Source: an uncultured delta proteobacterium
Lineage (GTDB): Bacteria; Myxococcota_A; Polyangia; Polyangiales; Polyangiaceae
DNA: 64,000 nt
Reading direction: 5' to 3'
Assembly (NCBI GenBank): GCA_963806225.1
Contig: CAWDXG010000004.1
Location: 2,400,001 to 2,464,000, forward strand
Shown here piece by piece: positions 1-10,382 of the stretch. How positions within the stretch are numbered: position 1 is the first letter of the stretch; the number at the start of each line of letters is the position of its first letter. The position numbers and the translations under genes were made by a program. A model generated the notes under the pieces. That model was not told where the DNA came from and did not search any database. It was given only the letters and a program-made list of their open reading frames with translations.

Positions 1-858
1 CGCGCCGCGGTCTCGTCCGACGCCGGCGACGCGCTGGAGCTCGCCGTCTACCACGGGCCGCTCCCGCCGAAGACACCGGAGGGCTGCGTGGTGCCGCACG
101 ACACGCCGTACGTCGACATCACCACCTTCGGCGGTTCGGGAAGCCTGGGCGACCGGACCTGGGAGGACGGCTCGCCGCTGGTGGCACCCTGCGACGGATT
201 CGGCATGCGGCGCGCGACGCCCGATCTGCGCCGCTTCCTCGGGCTCTCGCAGATCGCTCTCGACGCGGCCGATCCGATGAACTTCGCGCCGTACTGGGAT
301 GGCACGCGCAAGCTCACCTACGGCACCGGCGAGACGGTGCACACCAACGTCATGGAGATGCCCTCGGTCGGCGATCCCGGCGTGATGATCGCCGACGGCG
401 TTGCGCTCGGCCGCGCCGCCGGCTTCATCCCCTACGATCACAACGACCCGCGCTACGACAAGTCGGACAACCAGGTCATGATCGACACCTGGACCACCGA
501 GGGCACCGTGCGCATGGACCGCTACGAGAACAGCCAGGGCGAGCCGGTGCTCATGGACGTCGAGCACCTCGCTGCGGTCGTACCCGTCGACGACGGCCTC
601 GACGTGCCGCGTCTCGATCCCCCGCTGCGCTTGATGCACAAGAATGCCGACGGCACCTGGAGCGGCTTCATCCTGCCCATGCTCGACCCCAAGGGCAAAC
701 ACGGCTTCGTCACGCCCGATCCCACCAAGCCCTTCGACCTTGGCACGTACCTGCTCAACATCGCCGGGCGTTACCTCCAGAGCGACACCCGCGACTTCAG
801 CTGGGACAAGTGCCAGGCCAAGTCCGCCTGCCCCTGGACGACCTTCCCGCTCAAGTAG
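1..858 (+). CDS. C-terminal part of a large myxobacterial-type hypothetical (probably secreted) protein, 5'-truncated by the window
   Basis: Frame is open from base 1 (RAAVSSDAGDALELAVYHGPLPP...) into ORF 88..858; strong GC3 codon bias; ends in a Cys pair (KCQAKSACPW). Confidence 0.75.
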   Translation, partial: RAAVSSDAGDALELAVYHGPLPPKTPEGCVVPHDTPYVDITTFGGSGSLGDRTWEDGSPLVAPCDGFGMRRATPDLRRFLGLSQIALDAADPMNFAPYWDGTRKLTYGTGETVHTNVMEMPSVGDPGVMIADGVALGRAAGFIPYDHNDPRYDKSDNQVMIDTWTTEGTVRMDRYENSQGEPVLMDVEHLAAVVPVDDGLDVPRLDPPLRLMHKNADGTWSGFILPMLDPKGKHGFVTPDPTKPFDLGTYLLNIAGRYLQSDTRDFSWDKCQAKSACPWTTFPLK

Positions 859-874
859 CGGCGGAGGGCAGCCG

Positions 875-1336
875 CTACGGCGCGGGCTTCGGCATGCACA
901 GCTGCTGCGTGCAGAGCCCACCCGGAGGCGTGCAGATGCTGCAGCTCGAGTTGCAGCACACCTGACCCACGGCACAGCGCCGGCTACCGCACACCGGACC
1001 GCCCGCCCCCGCGTCCGACGGCGGAGCGCTGGCCTTCTGGCACACCCCGCCACAGTCGCGCCCTCCGCGGTGCGGATCACACATCATCGGATTTCCGACG
1101 CAGCGGAGCCCCGGCCCGCACATCAGCCCCGCGATCCCCCCGCAGCTCTGCCCTTCGTCGCGCCCCGCGGTCGGCGGCTTCGACGAGGGCGCCGGCTGCG
1201 ACGAGGGCGGCGGTGTGTCCGACGACTCTGCCGTCGCGCTCGCCGGCGGCGGCGGCGGGATCTCGGGCTCCTCCGCCTTCGGCGCCTGGCTCGAAGCACA
1301 CGCCGTCAGCAAGAACCCCAACGTGAGATAGCGCAC
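875..1336 (-). CDS. Cys-rich lipoprotein
   Basis: Lipobox-like LLTAC, Pro/Ser linker, Cys-rich modules CGGIAGLMC..C and CCNSSCSIC. Confidence 0.8.
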   Translation of the reverse strand: MRYLTLGFLLTACASSQAPKAEEPEIPPPPPASATAESSDTPPPSSQPAPSSKPPTAGRDEGQSCGGIAGLMCGPGLRCVGNPMMCDPHRGGRDCGGVCQKASAPPSDAGAGGPVCGSRRCAVGQVCCNSSCSICTPPGGLCTQQLCMPKPAP

Positions 1337-1387
1337 GCGCCTAGCCTTGGCGCAGCAGAGCGCGAGCGCAACGAGAAAAGACCGCCG

Positions 1388-2413
1388 CTACTCGCGGGGC
1401 GCCACACCCAGCTCGCGCGCGAGCAGCGTGTACGACTGCTTCCGGGCTGCGGGGTCGTGGATGTGCGTCATGACCATGAGCTCGTCGGCGGCGCACTCGC
1501 TGGCGAGCTCCCGCAGCTCTGCGGCGACGCGGGCCGCGCTGCCGACGATGTGGCGCGCGGCGTAGGTGCGGCGCAGCGCCTCCTCCTCCGGGTCGTAGCG
1601 GTAGGCCAGCGCTTCCTCCACGCTCGGTAGCGGCAGATCCCTGAGCCCCTGGGCAAAGCGCAGCCCGGACAGGTACGAGCTCGACGCCAGCCGCTCGGCC
1701 TCCTCGTCCGTCTCCGCGGAGATGGCCGACACCGCGAGGATCGAGTACGGGCCGGAGCCCCCCGCCGACGAGCGGAACTCGCTCCGGTAGGCCTGCATCA
1801 TGCTGACCGCGTCGTCCGGATTGATGTGCCGCGCGAAGGCGAAGCCGAGCCCGAGCCGCGCGGCGAGCCGCGCGCCGTAGTCGCTCGAGCCCAGCATGTA
1901 GATCACCGGGCGCGGCACACCGGAAGGGATGGCCGCGATCGTTAGCGTGAACGGCTCGCGCGGCGCGGCGTCCGCATCCAGATAGCCGAAGAGCTGGTCG
2001 AGCTGCTTCGGAAAGTCCTCGCCGGCCAGGGCATGGTGCGAGCGGCGTAGCGCCAGTGCAGTGCGCGGGTCGGTGCCCGCCGCGCGCCCGATGCCGAGAT
2101 CTATGCGCCCCGGAAACAGCGCGTGCAGCACACGGAACAACTCCGCCACCTTCAGCGGACTGTGGTTCGGCAGCATCATGCCGCCCGAGCCGACGCGGAT
2201 GTGCTGCGTGGCCGCAGCCACCTGGCCGATCATGATCTCGGGCGCGGAACTGGCCAGGCTCATCGCGTTGTGGTGCTCGGCCAGCCAGTAGCGGGTGAGG
2301 CCGATGCGCTCGGCGTGCTGCCCGAGCTCGATCGTGTTGTGGAGTGCCTGCCCTGGCGTGGACCCGGACGGGATGGGCGACAGATCCAGGACGGAGAGCG
2401 GCAGCGGGGCCAC
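1388..2413 (-). CDS. LLM-class flavin-dependent oxidoreductase (luciferase-like)
   Basis: LSVLDLSP start, RYWLAEHH, IRVGSGGMMLPNHSPLKVAE, GRIDLGIGRA motifs. Confidence 0.93.
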   Translation of the reverse strand: MAPLPLSVLDLSPIPSGSTPGQALHNTIELGQHAERIGLTRYWLAEHHNAMSLASSAPEIMIGQVAAATQHIRVGSGGMMLPNHSPLKVAELFRVLHALFPGRIDLGIGRAAGTDPRTALALRRSHHALAGEDFPKQLDQLFGYLDADAAPREPFTLTIAAIPSGVPRPVIYMLGSSDYGARLAARLGLGFAFARHINPDDAVSMMQAYRSEFRSSAGGSGPYSILAVSAISAETDEEAERLASSSYLSGLRFAQGLRDLPLPSVEEALAYRYDPEEEALRRTYAARHIVGSAARVAAELRELASECAADELMVMTHIHDPAARKQSYTLLARELGVAPRE

Positions 2414-2416
2414 GCG

Positions 2417-2872
2417 CTACTTGAAGTCCTGCACGGCCCAGACGCTGCCGCTGGTAGCCGAGAAGCCGCACGCGACCATCGTATGCTTCGTGCTCGACAT
2501 GTTGATGTAGTGGCCGTGCTTCTGGAAGTTCGAGCCCGGGCCTTCGGCCCACATCATGTCGAGGCAGCTGCCGCTGGCGGCCAGCCGGGGCATTCGTTCT
2601 GGGCGTGCTCGCCGCAGCTTCCGAACGCGCCGTGGGCCTGGCCCGTCTGCTTGTCGCTCTTCGCCTGGCTGTCGGCGCACGCGCCCTTGTCCCAGAGCTT
2701 GTAGGGCGGCAGCTTGAGCGTCTTGCGCAGAGCGTTGATCTTGTTGACGCACTGCTGGCGCTGGGCCGCGAGCGGATCGCTCGAGCTGCCGGAACCGCCC
2801 GTGCCCGGAACCGCTGCTGCCGCAGCCCGCCACTGCCATCGCCACCAGCCCTACCAGCCACGCGCGCTTCAT
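2417..2872 (-). pseudogene. CAP/SCP-domain lipoprotein carrying two compensating frameshifts (pseudogene or assembly error)
   Basis: Signal MKRAWLVGLVAMAVAGC; the middle (2802-2581) reads QCVNKINALRKTLKLPPY...AHGAFGSCGEHAQNECPGW only in a shifted frame; C-terminus CLDMMWAEGPG..HGHYINM..VACG..VQDF is CAP-like. Confidence 0.75.
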
Positions 2873-2990
2873 GGGAAAGTAGTGTACACCCCCGTCCCGA
2901 CCCGCGTCCGCAAAGTCGCGGATCCCGCGCGACGTGGCTTCCATCCCACGCTATCATCCCGCATTCTGTGACTGATAGAGGAACGAGAGG

Positions 2991-4301
2991 ATGAGCGAGA
3001 GCCGCTACCAGATCATCGAACGCATTGCAGCGGGAGGCATGGCCGAGGTGTACCGCGGCGAGAGCGCGGGCATCGAGGGCTTCCGCAAGAAGGTCGCCAT
3101 CAAGCGCGTCCTGCCCAAGCTGTCGTCGAACCGCGAGTTCATCAACATGTTCCTCGACGAGGCGCGCCTGTGCGCCTACCTGAACCACTCCAAGTGCGTG
3201 CAGGTGTTCGACATCGGGCAGGGTAACGGCTCGCACTTCATCGTGATGGAGTACGTCGACGGTGCGGATCTGAAGCACGTGCTCGAGTACCTGGGGGCGC
3301 ATCGTCAGCAGATGCGCGTCGAAGTCGCCTGCCTGATCGCGATGGGCATCGCCGAGGGCCTCGCCTACGCGCACCAGGCGTGCGACGCGCAGGGCCGCCC
3401 GCTCGAGATCGTGCACCGCGATATCTCGCCGCACAACGTGCTCATGACGCGCTTTGGCGAGGTCAAACTCGTGGACTTCGGGCTGGCCAAGGCAAGCTCG
3501 CACCTGACGGCCGAGGACGAGGACATCGTCAAGGGCAAGTTCGGCTACCTGGCGCCCGAGGTCACGCTCGGTCAGGGCGCCGACAAGCGCGTCGACATCT
3601 TCGCCGCCGGCATCCTGCTCTGGGAAATGCTCGCGGGGCGGCGCCTGTTCCTGGGCAACAGCGACGTGGAAACGTTCAAGCTGGTGCAGGCCGCCAACAT
3701 CCCGGACCCTCGCGAGAGCCGCCGGGACATCCCCGACGAGCTGATCCGCGTGCTGGCGCGGGCGCTGGCCCGCGATCGCGACCAGCGCTACCAGACGGCG
3801 GACGAGCTGGCGCGTGATCTGAGCGCGGTGCTGGTCGGCCTGCCGCGTCCAGCGTCGTACCAGGACATCGGCGCGCTGGTGCGCGAGGCCGCGGTGGAGC
3901 GCGACCAGCACCGCAGGGCCGAGGGCGCCGCCACCGAGGGCATGATCGGCGATCTGATCATCGACGCGCTGCACGACTTTTCCGGCGAGCTCGACAACGC
4001 CGAGGATCGCGTGTCGCGCCTGGGCACGCAGGGCGTCGACGTGGGGGCGGGCGGCAGCTTCGAGGATCCGAGCCAGTGGGGCCTCGACGCGCTGTTCGAA
4101 GAACCGGCGCCGGCGTATCCGGCGGCCCCTCCTCCGCCGCGCGGACAGGCGGCCATGCCGCCCACTCCGGGGGCGCAAGCCGCGCCCCGAGCCGGCGCGC
4201 CGCCGCCGCCACGCCGTCCGCCGCCTCCTCCCCGGGAGCGCGTCCAGAAGGCACCGGAAAAGAAGGACGGCCCGTTCTGGCGCCGCTGGTTCGGCAGCTG
4301 A
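2991..4301 (+). CDS. Ser/Thr protein kinase (cytoplasmic, Pro-rich tail)
   Basis: GGMAEV, VAIKRV, HRDISPHN, DFG, YLAPE motifs. Confidence 0.95.
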   Translation: MSESRYQIIERIAAGGMAEVYRGESAGIEGFRKKVAIKRVLPKLSSNREFINMFLDEARLCAYLNHSKCVQVFDIGQGNGSHFIVMEYVDGADLKHVLEYLGAHRQQMRVEVACLIAMGIAEGLAYAHQACDAQGRPLEIVHRDISPHNVLMTRFGEVKLVDFGLAKASSHLTAEDEDIVKGKFGYLAPEVTLGQGADKRVDIFAAGILLWEMLAGRRLFLGNSDVETFKLVQAANIPDPRESRRDIPDELIRVLARALARDRDQRYQTADELARDLSAVLVGLPRPASYQDIGALVREAAVERDQHRRAEGAATEGMIGDLIIDALHDFSGELDNAEDRVSRLGTQGVDVGAGGSFEDPSQWGLDALFEEPAPAYPAAPPPPRGQAAMPPTPGAQAAPRAGAPPPPRRPPPPPRERVQKAPEKKDGPFWRRWFGS

Positions 4302-4328
4302 AGTGACGACTCGGAAGCGAGGTGAAGC

Positions 4329-4754
4329 ATGGGCCTGACGTGGACGCGGGAGAATCCCCCGCACTGGGACGAAGAGAAGGCCGCCATCGTGGGCGGAGCG
4401 CCAGCGGGTATCTTCGATCTGCCCGACTACAAGCCGGGCGACGTGCTGCCCGGTGACTGGTGGCGCGTCGAGGATGACGCGGGCGTCGCGGGCTACGGCT
4501 GGATGGACACGGTGTGGGGTGACGCGGAGATCCTGCTGGCGGTGGCCCCCGCGCGGCAGAAGCAGGGCGTCGGCGGCTTCATCCTCGATCATCTGGAGGA
4601 AGAGGCGCGCGCCCGCGGCCTGAACCACCTGTACAACTCGGTGCGTCCCACGCATCCCGAGCGCGAGCGCGTCACGCGCTTCCTCCAAAGCCGGCGCTTC
4701 AAACCGTCCGGGGACGGCGTGATCCTGCGCCGCGTCGTCGCCCCGAAGAAGTAG
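4329..4754 (+). CDS. GNAT family N-acetyltransferase
   Basis: LAVAPARQKQGVG acetyl-CoA binding motif A; 141 aa. Confidence 0.88.
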   Translation: MGLTWTRENPPHWDEEKAAIVGGAPAGIFDLPDYKPGDVLPGDWWRVEDDAGVAGYGWMDTVWGDAEILLAVAPARQKQGVGGFILDHLEEEARARGLNHLYNSVRPTHPERERVTRFLQSRRFKPSGDGVILRRVVAPKK

Positions 4755-4755
4755 C

Positions 4756-5121
4756 TCAGGCCTTCTTGCGCCGGGGGGCCTTCGCGCTCGACGCGCGCTT
4801 GGCTGCTGCCTTCCTGGCGGGCGCCTTCCTCGCGGGCGCCTTCTTGGCTGCTGCCTTCTTGGCGACTGCCTTCTGCTTCGCGGCGGGGCGCGCGGGCCCC
4901 TTTCCGCCGCGCGCGTGCGCCACGCGCTTCGGCTCCGGGATCAGGTCGAGGAAGCCAAAGCCGGCGCGCGACTCGAGCAGCTGCACGCGGCGCTGGTACG
5001 CCTCGCGCACGAGCCGTCGGAGCGCATCCTGCGGCGAAGCGCCGAGCGCGCCGGAGATCTGCTCGAGCATGCGCAGCTCGGCCGGAGTGAGTTCGAGGGC
5101 GAGCGTCTGGCGGCGCGGCAT
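4756..5121 (-). CDS. Small putative DNA-binding protein (RHH-like N-terminus plus Lys/Ala histone-like tail)
   Basis: LELTPAELRMLEQIS..SPQDALRRLVRE pattern, then AKKAAAKKAPARKAP repeats; TAGCAT lies 7 nt before ATG 5121. Confidence 0.65.
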   Translation of the reverse strand: MPRRQTLALELTPAELRMLEQISGALGASPQDALRRLVREAYQRRVQLLESRAGFGFLDLIPEPKRVAHARGGKGPARPAAKQKAVAKKAAAKKAPARKAPARKAAAKRASSAKAPRRKKA

Positions 5122-5187
5122 GACGCCCATGCTAGCGACGCCGGGGCGCGGGGCAAGCCCGCCCGCGCGCCGGGGCTGACCAGGGCG

Positions 5188-5850
5188 TCAGGTCCCGCTG
5201 TGGGGCAGCCCTTTCGGCAGCGGACAGGAGTGCGTGCCCGTCTTCTCGTCGTACTGCTGGTGGTATTCCTCGGCCTTCCAGAAGCGGCCGATGGGGGCAA
5301 TCTGGGTCACGACCGTCCTGCCCAGCTCGGCCTGGGCCTTTCGCTTGGCCGCGCGTGCCTCGGCCGCTTGTTCCTTGTTGAAGGTGAAGATCGCGCTGCG
5401 GTAGTTGCTCCCGACGTCGGGCCCCTGGCGGTCCAGCGTCGTGGCGTCGTGGTTCTTGAAGAAAACGGTCAGCAATTGCTGGTACGTGATCGCCTTGGGA
5501 TTGAACTCCACCAGCACCGTCTCGGCGTGGCCGGTGGTGTGCGAGCTCACGTCCTCGTAGCTCGGATACGTGGTGTGCCCGCCGGTGTAGCCGACGGCCG
5601 TGGCCACCACGCCGGGCACGTGCCGGAACACATCCTCCACGCCCCAGAAGCAGCCCCCCGCAAACGCCGCCAGCTGATCGCCCTTGCGGGGCGTGAGCGG
5701 CGAGCCGTTGCCCACATGCCCGGGATCGGTGCCCACCGCGCGAGCGGAGATGGCGCGGTCGGGCGTGGGGCCGGCCTCGCTGACCGTGCTGTGGCACGCG
5801 GGAAGCACGAGAGTCAGGAGCAGGGCGGAAAGCGGGGTGCGGCTTGTCAT
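5188..5850 (-). CDS. msrA: Peptide-methionine (S)-S-oxide reductase with lipoprotein-like signal
   Basis: AGGCFWGVE, VGYTGG, TGHAE, DRQGPDVGSNYRSAIF, AEEYHQQY motifs; N-terminal LVLPAC. Confidence 0.95.
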   Translation of the reverse strand: MTSRTPLSALLLTLVLPACHSTVSEAGPTPDRAISARAVGTDPGHVGNGSPLTPRKGDQLAAFAGGCFWGVEDVFRHVPGVVATAVGYTGGHTTYPSYEDVSSHTTGHAETVLVEFNPKAITYQQLLTVFFKNHDATTLDRQGPDVGSNYRSAIFTFNKEQAAEARAAKRKAQAELGRTVVTQIAPIGRFWKAEEYHQQYDEKTGTHSCPLPKGLPHSGT

Positions 5851-5927
5851 GCCTATGCCTACGGCGCGCGCCGGCCGGCGGTTACGGGCCACGCCCGGCG
5901 CCGATTTCCGCTAACGTGGGGGACGGA

Positions 5928-6422
5928 ATGGACCGCCGCTTGTTCCTGCTCGCCGCTGGGGTCGCGCTCGTCGTGGGCGGCTGCGTCTCGAAGCCGACGA
6001 TGAAGCTGAACCATGCCGAGATCAGCTCGGCGGGGCCGGCGGGCATCGGCCTGGACATCTACATGAATGTCACCAACGACAACAGCTTCGACGTGCAGGT
6101 GCGCAATGTGCGCGTGCAGACGACGCTGCAGGGTCGCTGGACGCTGCCTCCCCTCGCCTATAGCCCGAACCAGTGGCTGCCCGCCAAGGGCACGACCGTT
6201 GTCCGCGCGCCGGTGATCATCCCGTGGGCGCTGGTCGCGCCGCTGCTCGCCGAGACGGCAATGAGCCCGACCATCTCGTACCACGTCACGGGCTCGGCCG
6301 ACGTGACGGCCATCCGCTCGCTCGGCGTCAAGAGCGACAACTACCCGGTAGACGAAAACGGCACGATCCCGCGCGGCGCCGTGCTCGCTGCGGCGCGCAG
6401 CATGTTCCCCTTCGCCCGTTGA
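5928..6422 (+). CDS. LEA type 2 (WHy) family lipoprotein
   Basis: Lipobox VGGC; VTNDNSFDV resembles the NPN motif; LPAKG..V..PV..PW. Confidence 0.8.
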   Translation: MDRRLFLLAAGVALVVGGCVSKPTMKLNHAEISSAGPAGIGLDIYMNVTNDNSFDVQVRNVRVQTTLQGRWTLPPLAYSPNQWLPAKGTTVVRAPVIIPWALVAPLLAETAMSPTISYHVTGSADVTAIRSLGVKSDNYPVDENGTIPRGAVLAAARSMFPFAR

Positions 6423-6425
6423 GCG

Positions 6426-7226
6426 ATGTTCCGCGGCGCCGGCTCGCTGCTTCTGTTCATGGCGGCGTCCGATCTGTACGCGGGCGTCGTGCTGTCGGCG
6501 GCAGCCGTCCGCTACAGGGAGCTCTTTTCGGGGACCGGGTTCTCTCTCCGCCGTTACTACGTGCTGATGGGCTGGGCGCCGTTCGCCTACCTCGTGCTCG
6601 CCCTGGTGGTCGACGTGCGCTACCTGCTGTTGTTCATCGTGGCCGGCGTCGCCGGCATCGTCGGCGAAGTGCTGGTGGCGCTGCTCTGGCGCCGCTACTT
6701 CCACGAGCCGATCTGGACCTACAGCTATCGCTCCGTCCTGTCGGGCCACACCAGCACCATCAACTTCCTGCCCTGGGCCGTGGGCGCGCTCTGGTTCGTG
6801 GAGACGGCGCGGCTCGTGCTGGGAACCACATCGCTCGGCCTGTCGCTGCGCGCCGTGGCCGTGAGCGCAGCGGCCGTCGGCGCGGGGCTCGCGCTGGCCT
6901 GGCCGATGCGACGCTTCACGGCCTCCCGACAAGGGCGCTTCTCGGCCGCTGGCCTTGCGCTGTTCTGCCTGCCGGTCGCCACCACGGCGCTCGCGCTCGG
7001 CCTCTTGTGCGGCGTGCGCTACCCGCTTCTGATGCTGGCGTTCTCCCTCGTCGGCTTCGTCACCGAGTACGCCTACGGCCGCGGCATGAGCGTGATGTTC
7101 GAGCGCGGCCTGTGGACCTACAACCACTGGCGCATCGACGAGGGCCACACCAGCTTCGTCACGCTACCCCTGTGGGCCCTGGGCGGCCTGTACTTCTATT
7201 TCATCGCCGGCGCGCTCGGCCTCTGA
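6426..7226 (+). CDS. Multi-pass membrane protein with internal duplication
   Basis: Two similar halves: E..(IW/LW)TY...GHTS...LP.WA.G.L.F. Confidence 0.75.
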   Translation: MFRGAGSLLLFMAASDLYAGVVLSAAAVRYRELFSGTGFSLRRYYVLMGWAPFAYLVLALVVDVRYLLLFIVAGVAGIVGEVLVALLWRRYFHEPIWTYSYRSVLSGHTSTINFLPWAVGALWFVETARLVLGTTSLGLSLRAVAVSAAAVGAGLALAWPMRRFTASRQGRFSAAGLALFCLPVATTALALGLLCGVRYPLLMLAFSLVGFVTEYAYGRGMSVMFERGLWTYNHWRIDEGHTSFVTLPLWALGGLYFYFIAGALGL

Positions 7227-7234
7227 CGCGCCGC

Positions 7235-7627
7235 TCAGCGGTAGCGGCGCGGTGCGAAGCGGCTCTTCCAGTCGCCGTGCGAGAGCCGCCTGAGCCCGCG
7301 CGCCTGGTCGACGTGCACGAAATAGGTGTGCGCCGCGGAGTCGTCGGACAGCACCACCCGGCCGCGGTGGAAGCGTGCGGGGTGATCGCAGCGCACGTCG
7401 CACGCGCTCAGGATCTTGAAATCGACCTCGTAGAGCTCGCCGTGCACCGCAGTCCGTCCCGTGTCGAGCAGGCCCGCGTACACGCCGAGCTCCACCAGCG
7501 TGTATTTTCCGGCGGTGACCGCCTCGCCGATGAGCTCGGCGGACTCCAGAGCGTCGTGCCCTGGCTGTCCCGACAGGAACGTCCCGTACACGAACAGGCG
7601 GAAGCGACGATCCTGGGGAGAGACCAT
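7235..7627 (-). CDS. Gamma-glutamylcyclotransferase (AIG2-like) family protein
   Basis: LFVYGTFLSG and VHGELYEV motifs. Confidence 0.88.
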   Translation of the reverse strand: MVSPQDRRFRLFVYGTFLSGQPGHDALESAELIGEAVTAGKYTLVELGVYAGLLDTGRTAVHGELYEVDFKILSACDVRCDHPARFHRGRVVLSDDSAAHTYFVHVDQARGLRRLSHGDWKSRFAPRRYR

Positions 7628-8500
7628 CTACATCAACGTGAGCAGCAGGCCCGCGAGACCGGCCAGCACGACCCCCTCGACCCACGCGGCGTTGAGGTTC
7701 CGATCCTGCTGGATCTCCTTGTCGATGCGCACGCCCGGCAACAGCAGGAAGTCGATGAACACGCGCAAGAGCAGCAGCACGACCACGCCAAACAGCCAAC
7801 GCACGCCGAACAGGGTGAGATTGTGCGTCCAGCTGGTGAAATCGCCGGCGATCGCGCCAACGAGGATGAGCCCCATCGCGATCAGGTTCATGCCCAGTGC
7901 GACGCCCGCCGCCACGTTGTCGTTCTCGATTTCCTGCGCCACGTTGTAGCGGCACACGGCCATGTAGATGTAGCCGTAGACGACCAGTCCCACCTGGCCC
8001 AGGCCAAAGAACGCAAGCGTGGTCTGCGGCCCGCCACCGCGGCCCTGCAGCGCCGCTGCGACGATCAGCCCGCTGGCGATGTAGGCGCCCATCTCGACCG
8101 AGCCCGCACCGACGTTGCGATCGCGGATGATCTCCTCGGTGGTGCTGAACTTGGGCAGGAGCACCTTGTCGACGATGATCCGCGCGAGGTTCAAGAGCAG
8201 GATGCCGAGCGCCATGTAGCCGGCCGTGTCGAGCAGGTCCTTCCACAACACGGAACCCGGAGCGCTCGGCGTGCGCAGCGGGCCGATGCACACGATGAGC
8301 ACCGCCAGGTAGTAGCCGGCGACGGACATGCCCACGGCGGGGTTGTCCCGCGCGGTGAGCTGCTCGCTAAGCTTGTAGGGCGTGAGGATGTCCTTGAACA
8401 GCCGCGCGACCACCAACATCACGAGCACCACGGCGAGATACGCGAAGTCCTTGGGCAGGGAGAACACGGTGGTCTTCAACAGGTCGATACCTTGCTGCAT
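7628..8500 (-). CDS. DUF350 membrane protein (tandem repeats)
   Basis: Four repeats of the (E/Q)-x-x-x-x-N-x-A-(V/A)G motif (DNPAVG, RNVGAG, DNVAAG, RNLNAA); hydrophobic. Confidence 0.85.
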   Translation of the reverse strand: MQQGIDLLKTTVFSLPKDFAYLAVVLVMLVVARLFKDILTPYKLSEQLTARDNPAVGMSVAGYYLAVLIVCIGPLRTPSAPGSVLWKDLLDTAGYMALGILLLNLARIIVDKVLLPKFSTTEEIIRDRNVGAGSVEMGAYIASGLIVAAALQGRGGGPQTTLAFFGLGQVGLVVYGYIYMAVCRYNVAQEIENDNVAAGVALGMNLIAMGLILVGAIAGDFTSWTHNLTLFGVRWLFGVVVLLLLRVFIDFLLLPGVRIDKEIQQDRNLNAAWVEGVVLAGLAGLLLTLM

Positions 8501-8548
8501 GGCTCAGCTCCAATCGTCGGATTCGCTCTTCCAGGACCCGCACATGGC

Positions 8549-10141
8549 CTACTGCCAGTCCTTCCAGCCTTCGAGGTAGCGGCGGAGCACGATAGGGTCG
8601 TCGAGGGTGCTCGCTTTCTGCGAGGCGATACGCACATCGCGCGGAAACTCGAAAAGGCGCGGAAGCATCGCGTTGTCCAGATAGCGCGTGGGCACGCGCA
8701 GGTGGATCTTCGACACGTCGATCGGAAAGCCGGCCGCGAGCACGAAACCCCAGTCGCCGAACGAGGGCACGTCGGCATGATACGGCGCCACGTGCAGGCC
8801 GGCGGCGTGCAGCGTGTCCGCGATGCACCAGAACGCCTTCTTGGCGAAGAAGGGGCTGGTTGCCTGCGTGACGAGCACGCCGTCGTGCGCCAGGTGCCGC
8901 GAAAGCAGGCCGTAGAACTCCAGGCTGTAGAGCCGGGCCAGCGACGTGTCGTTCGGATCGGGCAGATCGATCACGATCACGTTGAACTGCCGGTGCGACT
9001 TCTTCGCGAACACCCAGGCGTCCCGATTCTCGATGTGGACGCGGCGCGAGCGGAAGCTGTCCTTGTTGATGCCGCGGAGCAGATGGTTGTCCCGCGCCAG
9101 GTTCGTCATCGCCGGGTCGAGATCAACGTCGGTGACGGACCCCACGTCCTTGTACTTGAGGATCTCGCGCGTCGCGATGCCGTCTCCGCCGCCGAGCACC
9201 AGCACGTTCTTGTGGCTCGGCGCCAGGGAAAACGCCGGGTGGATCAGCGCCTCGTGGTAGCGGTACTCGTCAAGCGAGGAAAACTGGAGGTTGCCGTTCA
9301 GGTACAGCCGGAGATCGCTGCGGTGACGGGTGATGACGATTTTCTGGTACGGCGACTGGCGCACCAGGAGCACCTGGTCATCGTAGATGGCGTGATGCCA
9401 GGGGCGCATCAGCGCGGACGAGAACACGAGCAGCAGGCCGAGCCCGACCAGCCCACCCAGACCGAACATCGTGAAGCCGATGCGCTGCCCCGGCGACACC
9501 TGCGTACTGAACGCCCTGAGCACGACCAGCGCGACGACAATATTGAGCGCCCCGGTGACCAACGAGCTCTTGAACGTTCCGAGCAGCGGCAGGAGCGCAA
9601 ACGGGAACAGCAGCGTCGCGGCGAGCGCACCCAGGTAGTCGAGCGACAGGATGTTCGACAGGCTCACCTCGAGCGCGAAGAAGCGCCGCATGGCGAGCAC
9701 CAGCATCGGGATCTCGAGCCCGGTGAGCGTGCCGATGACCGCGATGAACAGGACCATCGCGGGGTAGTACAGATCCGTGTACGCGTAGATCCCGTATAGG
9801 GCGGGAATACTCACGCCGCCGACCAGGCCGAGCGCGAGCTCCACCTTGACGAAGGTACCGAGCACGCGCTCTCCGAGCAGCCGCGACAGGAATGATCCGA
9901 TGCCCATCGAGGCCATGAACAGCCCGATGGTGATCGAGAACTGCTGGATGCTGTTGCCGAGGAAGTACGACGACGCCGTCCCGATCAAGAGCTCGTAGAC
10001 GATGGAGCAGAGCCCCGCCGCGAACACCGCGACAACCAGCACCGTTGTCTGGCGGGAGCTCAGCGCGGTCCGGCCAGCGCCGGACGCCGGCGAAGCGGGA
10101 TCGGTCGGACCGTCCGTGAAGCTGGAGACGTCGGTCGCCAT
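8549..10141 (-). CDS. speE: Membrane-anchored polyamine aminopropyltransferase (spermidine synthase family)
   Basis: N-terminal TM domain [64 protein letters not shown]. Confidence 0.92.
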   Translation of the reverse strand: MATDVSSFTDGPTDPASPASGAGRTALSSRQTTVLVVAVFAAGLCSIVYELLIGTASSYFLGNSIQQFSITIGLFMASMGIGSFLSRLLGERVLGTFVKVELALGLVGGVSIPALYGIYAYTDLYYPAMVLFIAVIGTLTGLEIPMLVLAMRRFFALEVSLSNILSLDYLGALAATLLFPFALLPLLGTFKSSLVTGALNIVVALVVLRAFSTQVSPGQRIGFTMFGLGGLVGLGLLLVFSSALMRPWHHAIYDDQVLLVRQSPYQKIVITRHRSDLRLYLNGNLQFSSLDEYRYHEALIHPAFSLAPSHKNVLVLGGGDGIATREILKYKDVGSVTDVDLDPAMTNLARDNHLLRGINKDSFRSRRVHIENRDAWVFAKKSHRQFNVIVIDLPDPNDTSLARLYSLEFYGLLSRHLAHDGVLVTQATSPFFAKKAFWCIADTLHAAGLHVAPYHADVPSFGDWGFVLAAGFPIDVSKIHLRVPTRYLDNAMLPRLFEFPRDVRIASQKASTLDDPIVLRRYLEGWKDWQ

Positions 10142-10160
10142 ACGCGCGAGCCCCCCGCGG

Positions 10161-10370
10161 CTACTTGCCGGGGTGCATGCCGCCGCCACGCGTGCCGCCG
10201 CGAACGCTGCGGGTGTGGAAGGTCTGGACGCTGCTCGAATACCAGAAGGACGACGTGTTGCTCCAGCCCCGGTAGCCATCGTAGCCGTAACCGTGCAGGG
10301 TCGGGACCATCAACGCGCCGTAGGTGCCCAGAAGGCCGAACCCGAGTAGCGCCAGAAGTGCGATCTTCAC
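10161..10370 (-). CDS. Small membrane/secreted protein of the DUF4178-SpeE operon
   Basis: 69 aa, N-terminal TM, ends [16 protein letters not shown]; packed between co-oriented genes. Confidence 0.75.
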   Translation of the reverse strand: MKIALLALLGFGLLGTYGALMVPTLHGYGYDGYRGWSNTSSFWYSSSVQTFHTRSVRGGTRGGGMHPGK

Positions 10371-10382
10371 GACACGCTCCCG

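Noticed and set aside
1341..4688. 1115-aa minus-strand ORF
   Set aside because: Shadow ORF overlapping well-supported genes; Arg/Ala-rich, typical of stop-poor high-GC DNA
6173..9799. 1208-aa plus-strand ORF
   Set aside because: Antisense or off-frame to the GGCT, DUF350 and speE genes; no motifs
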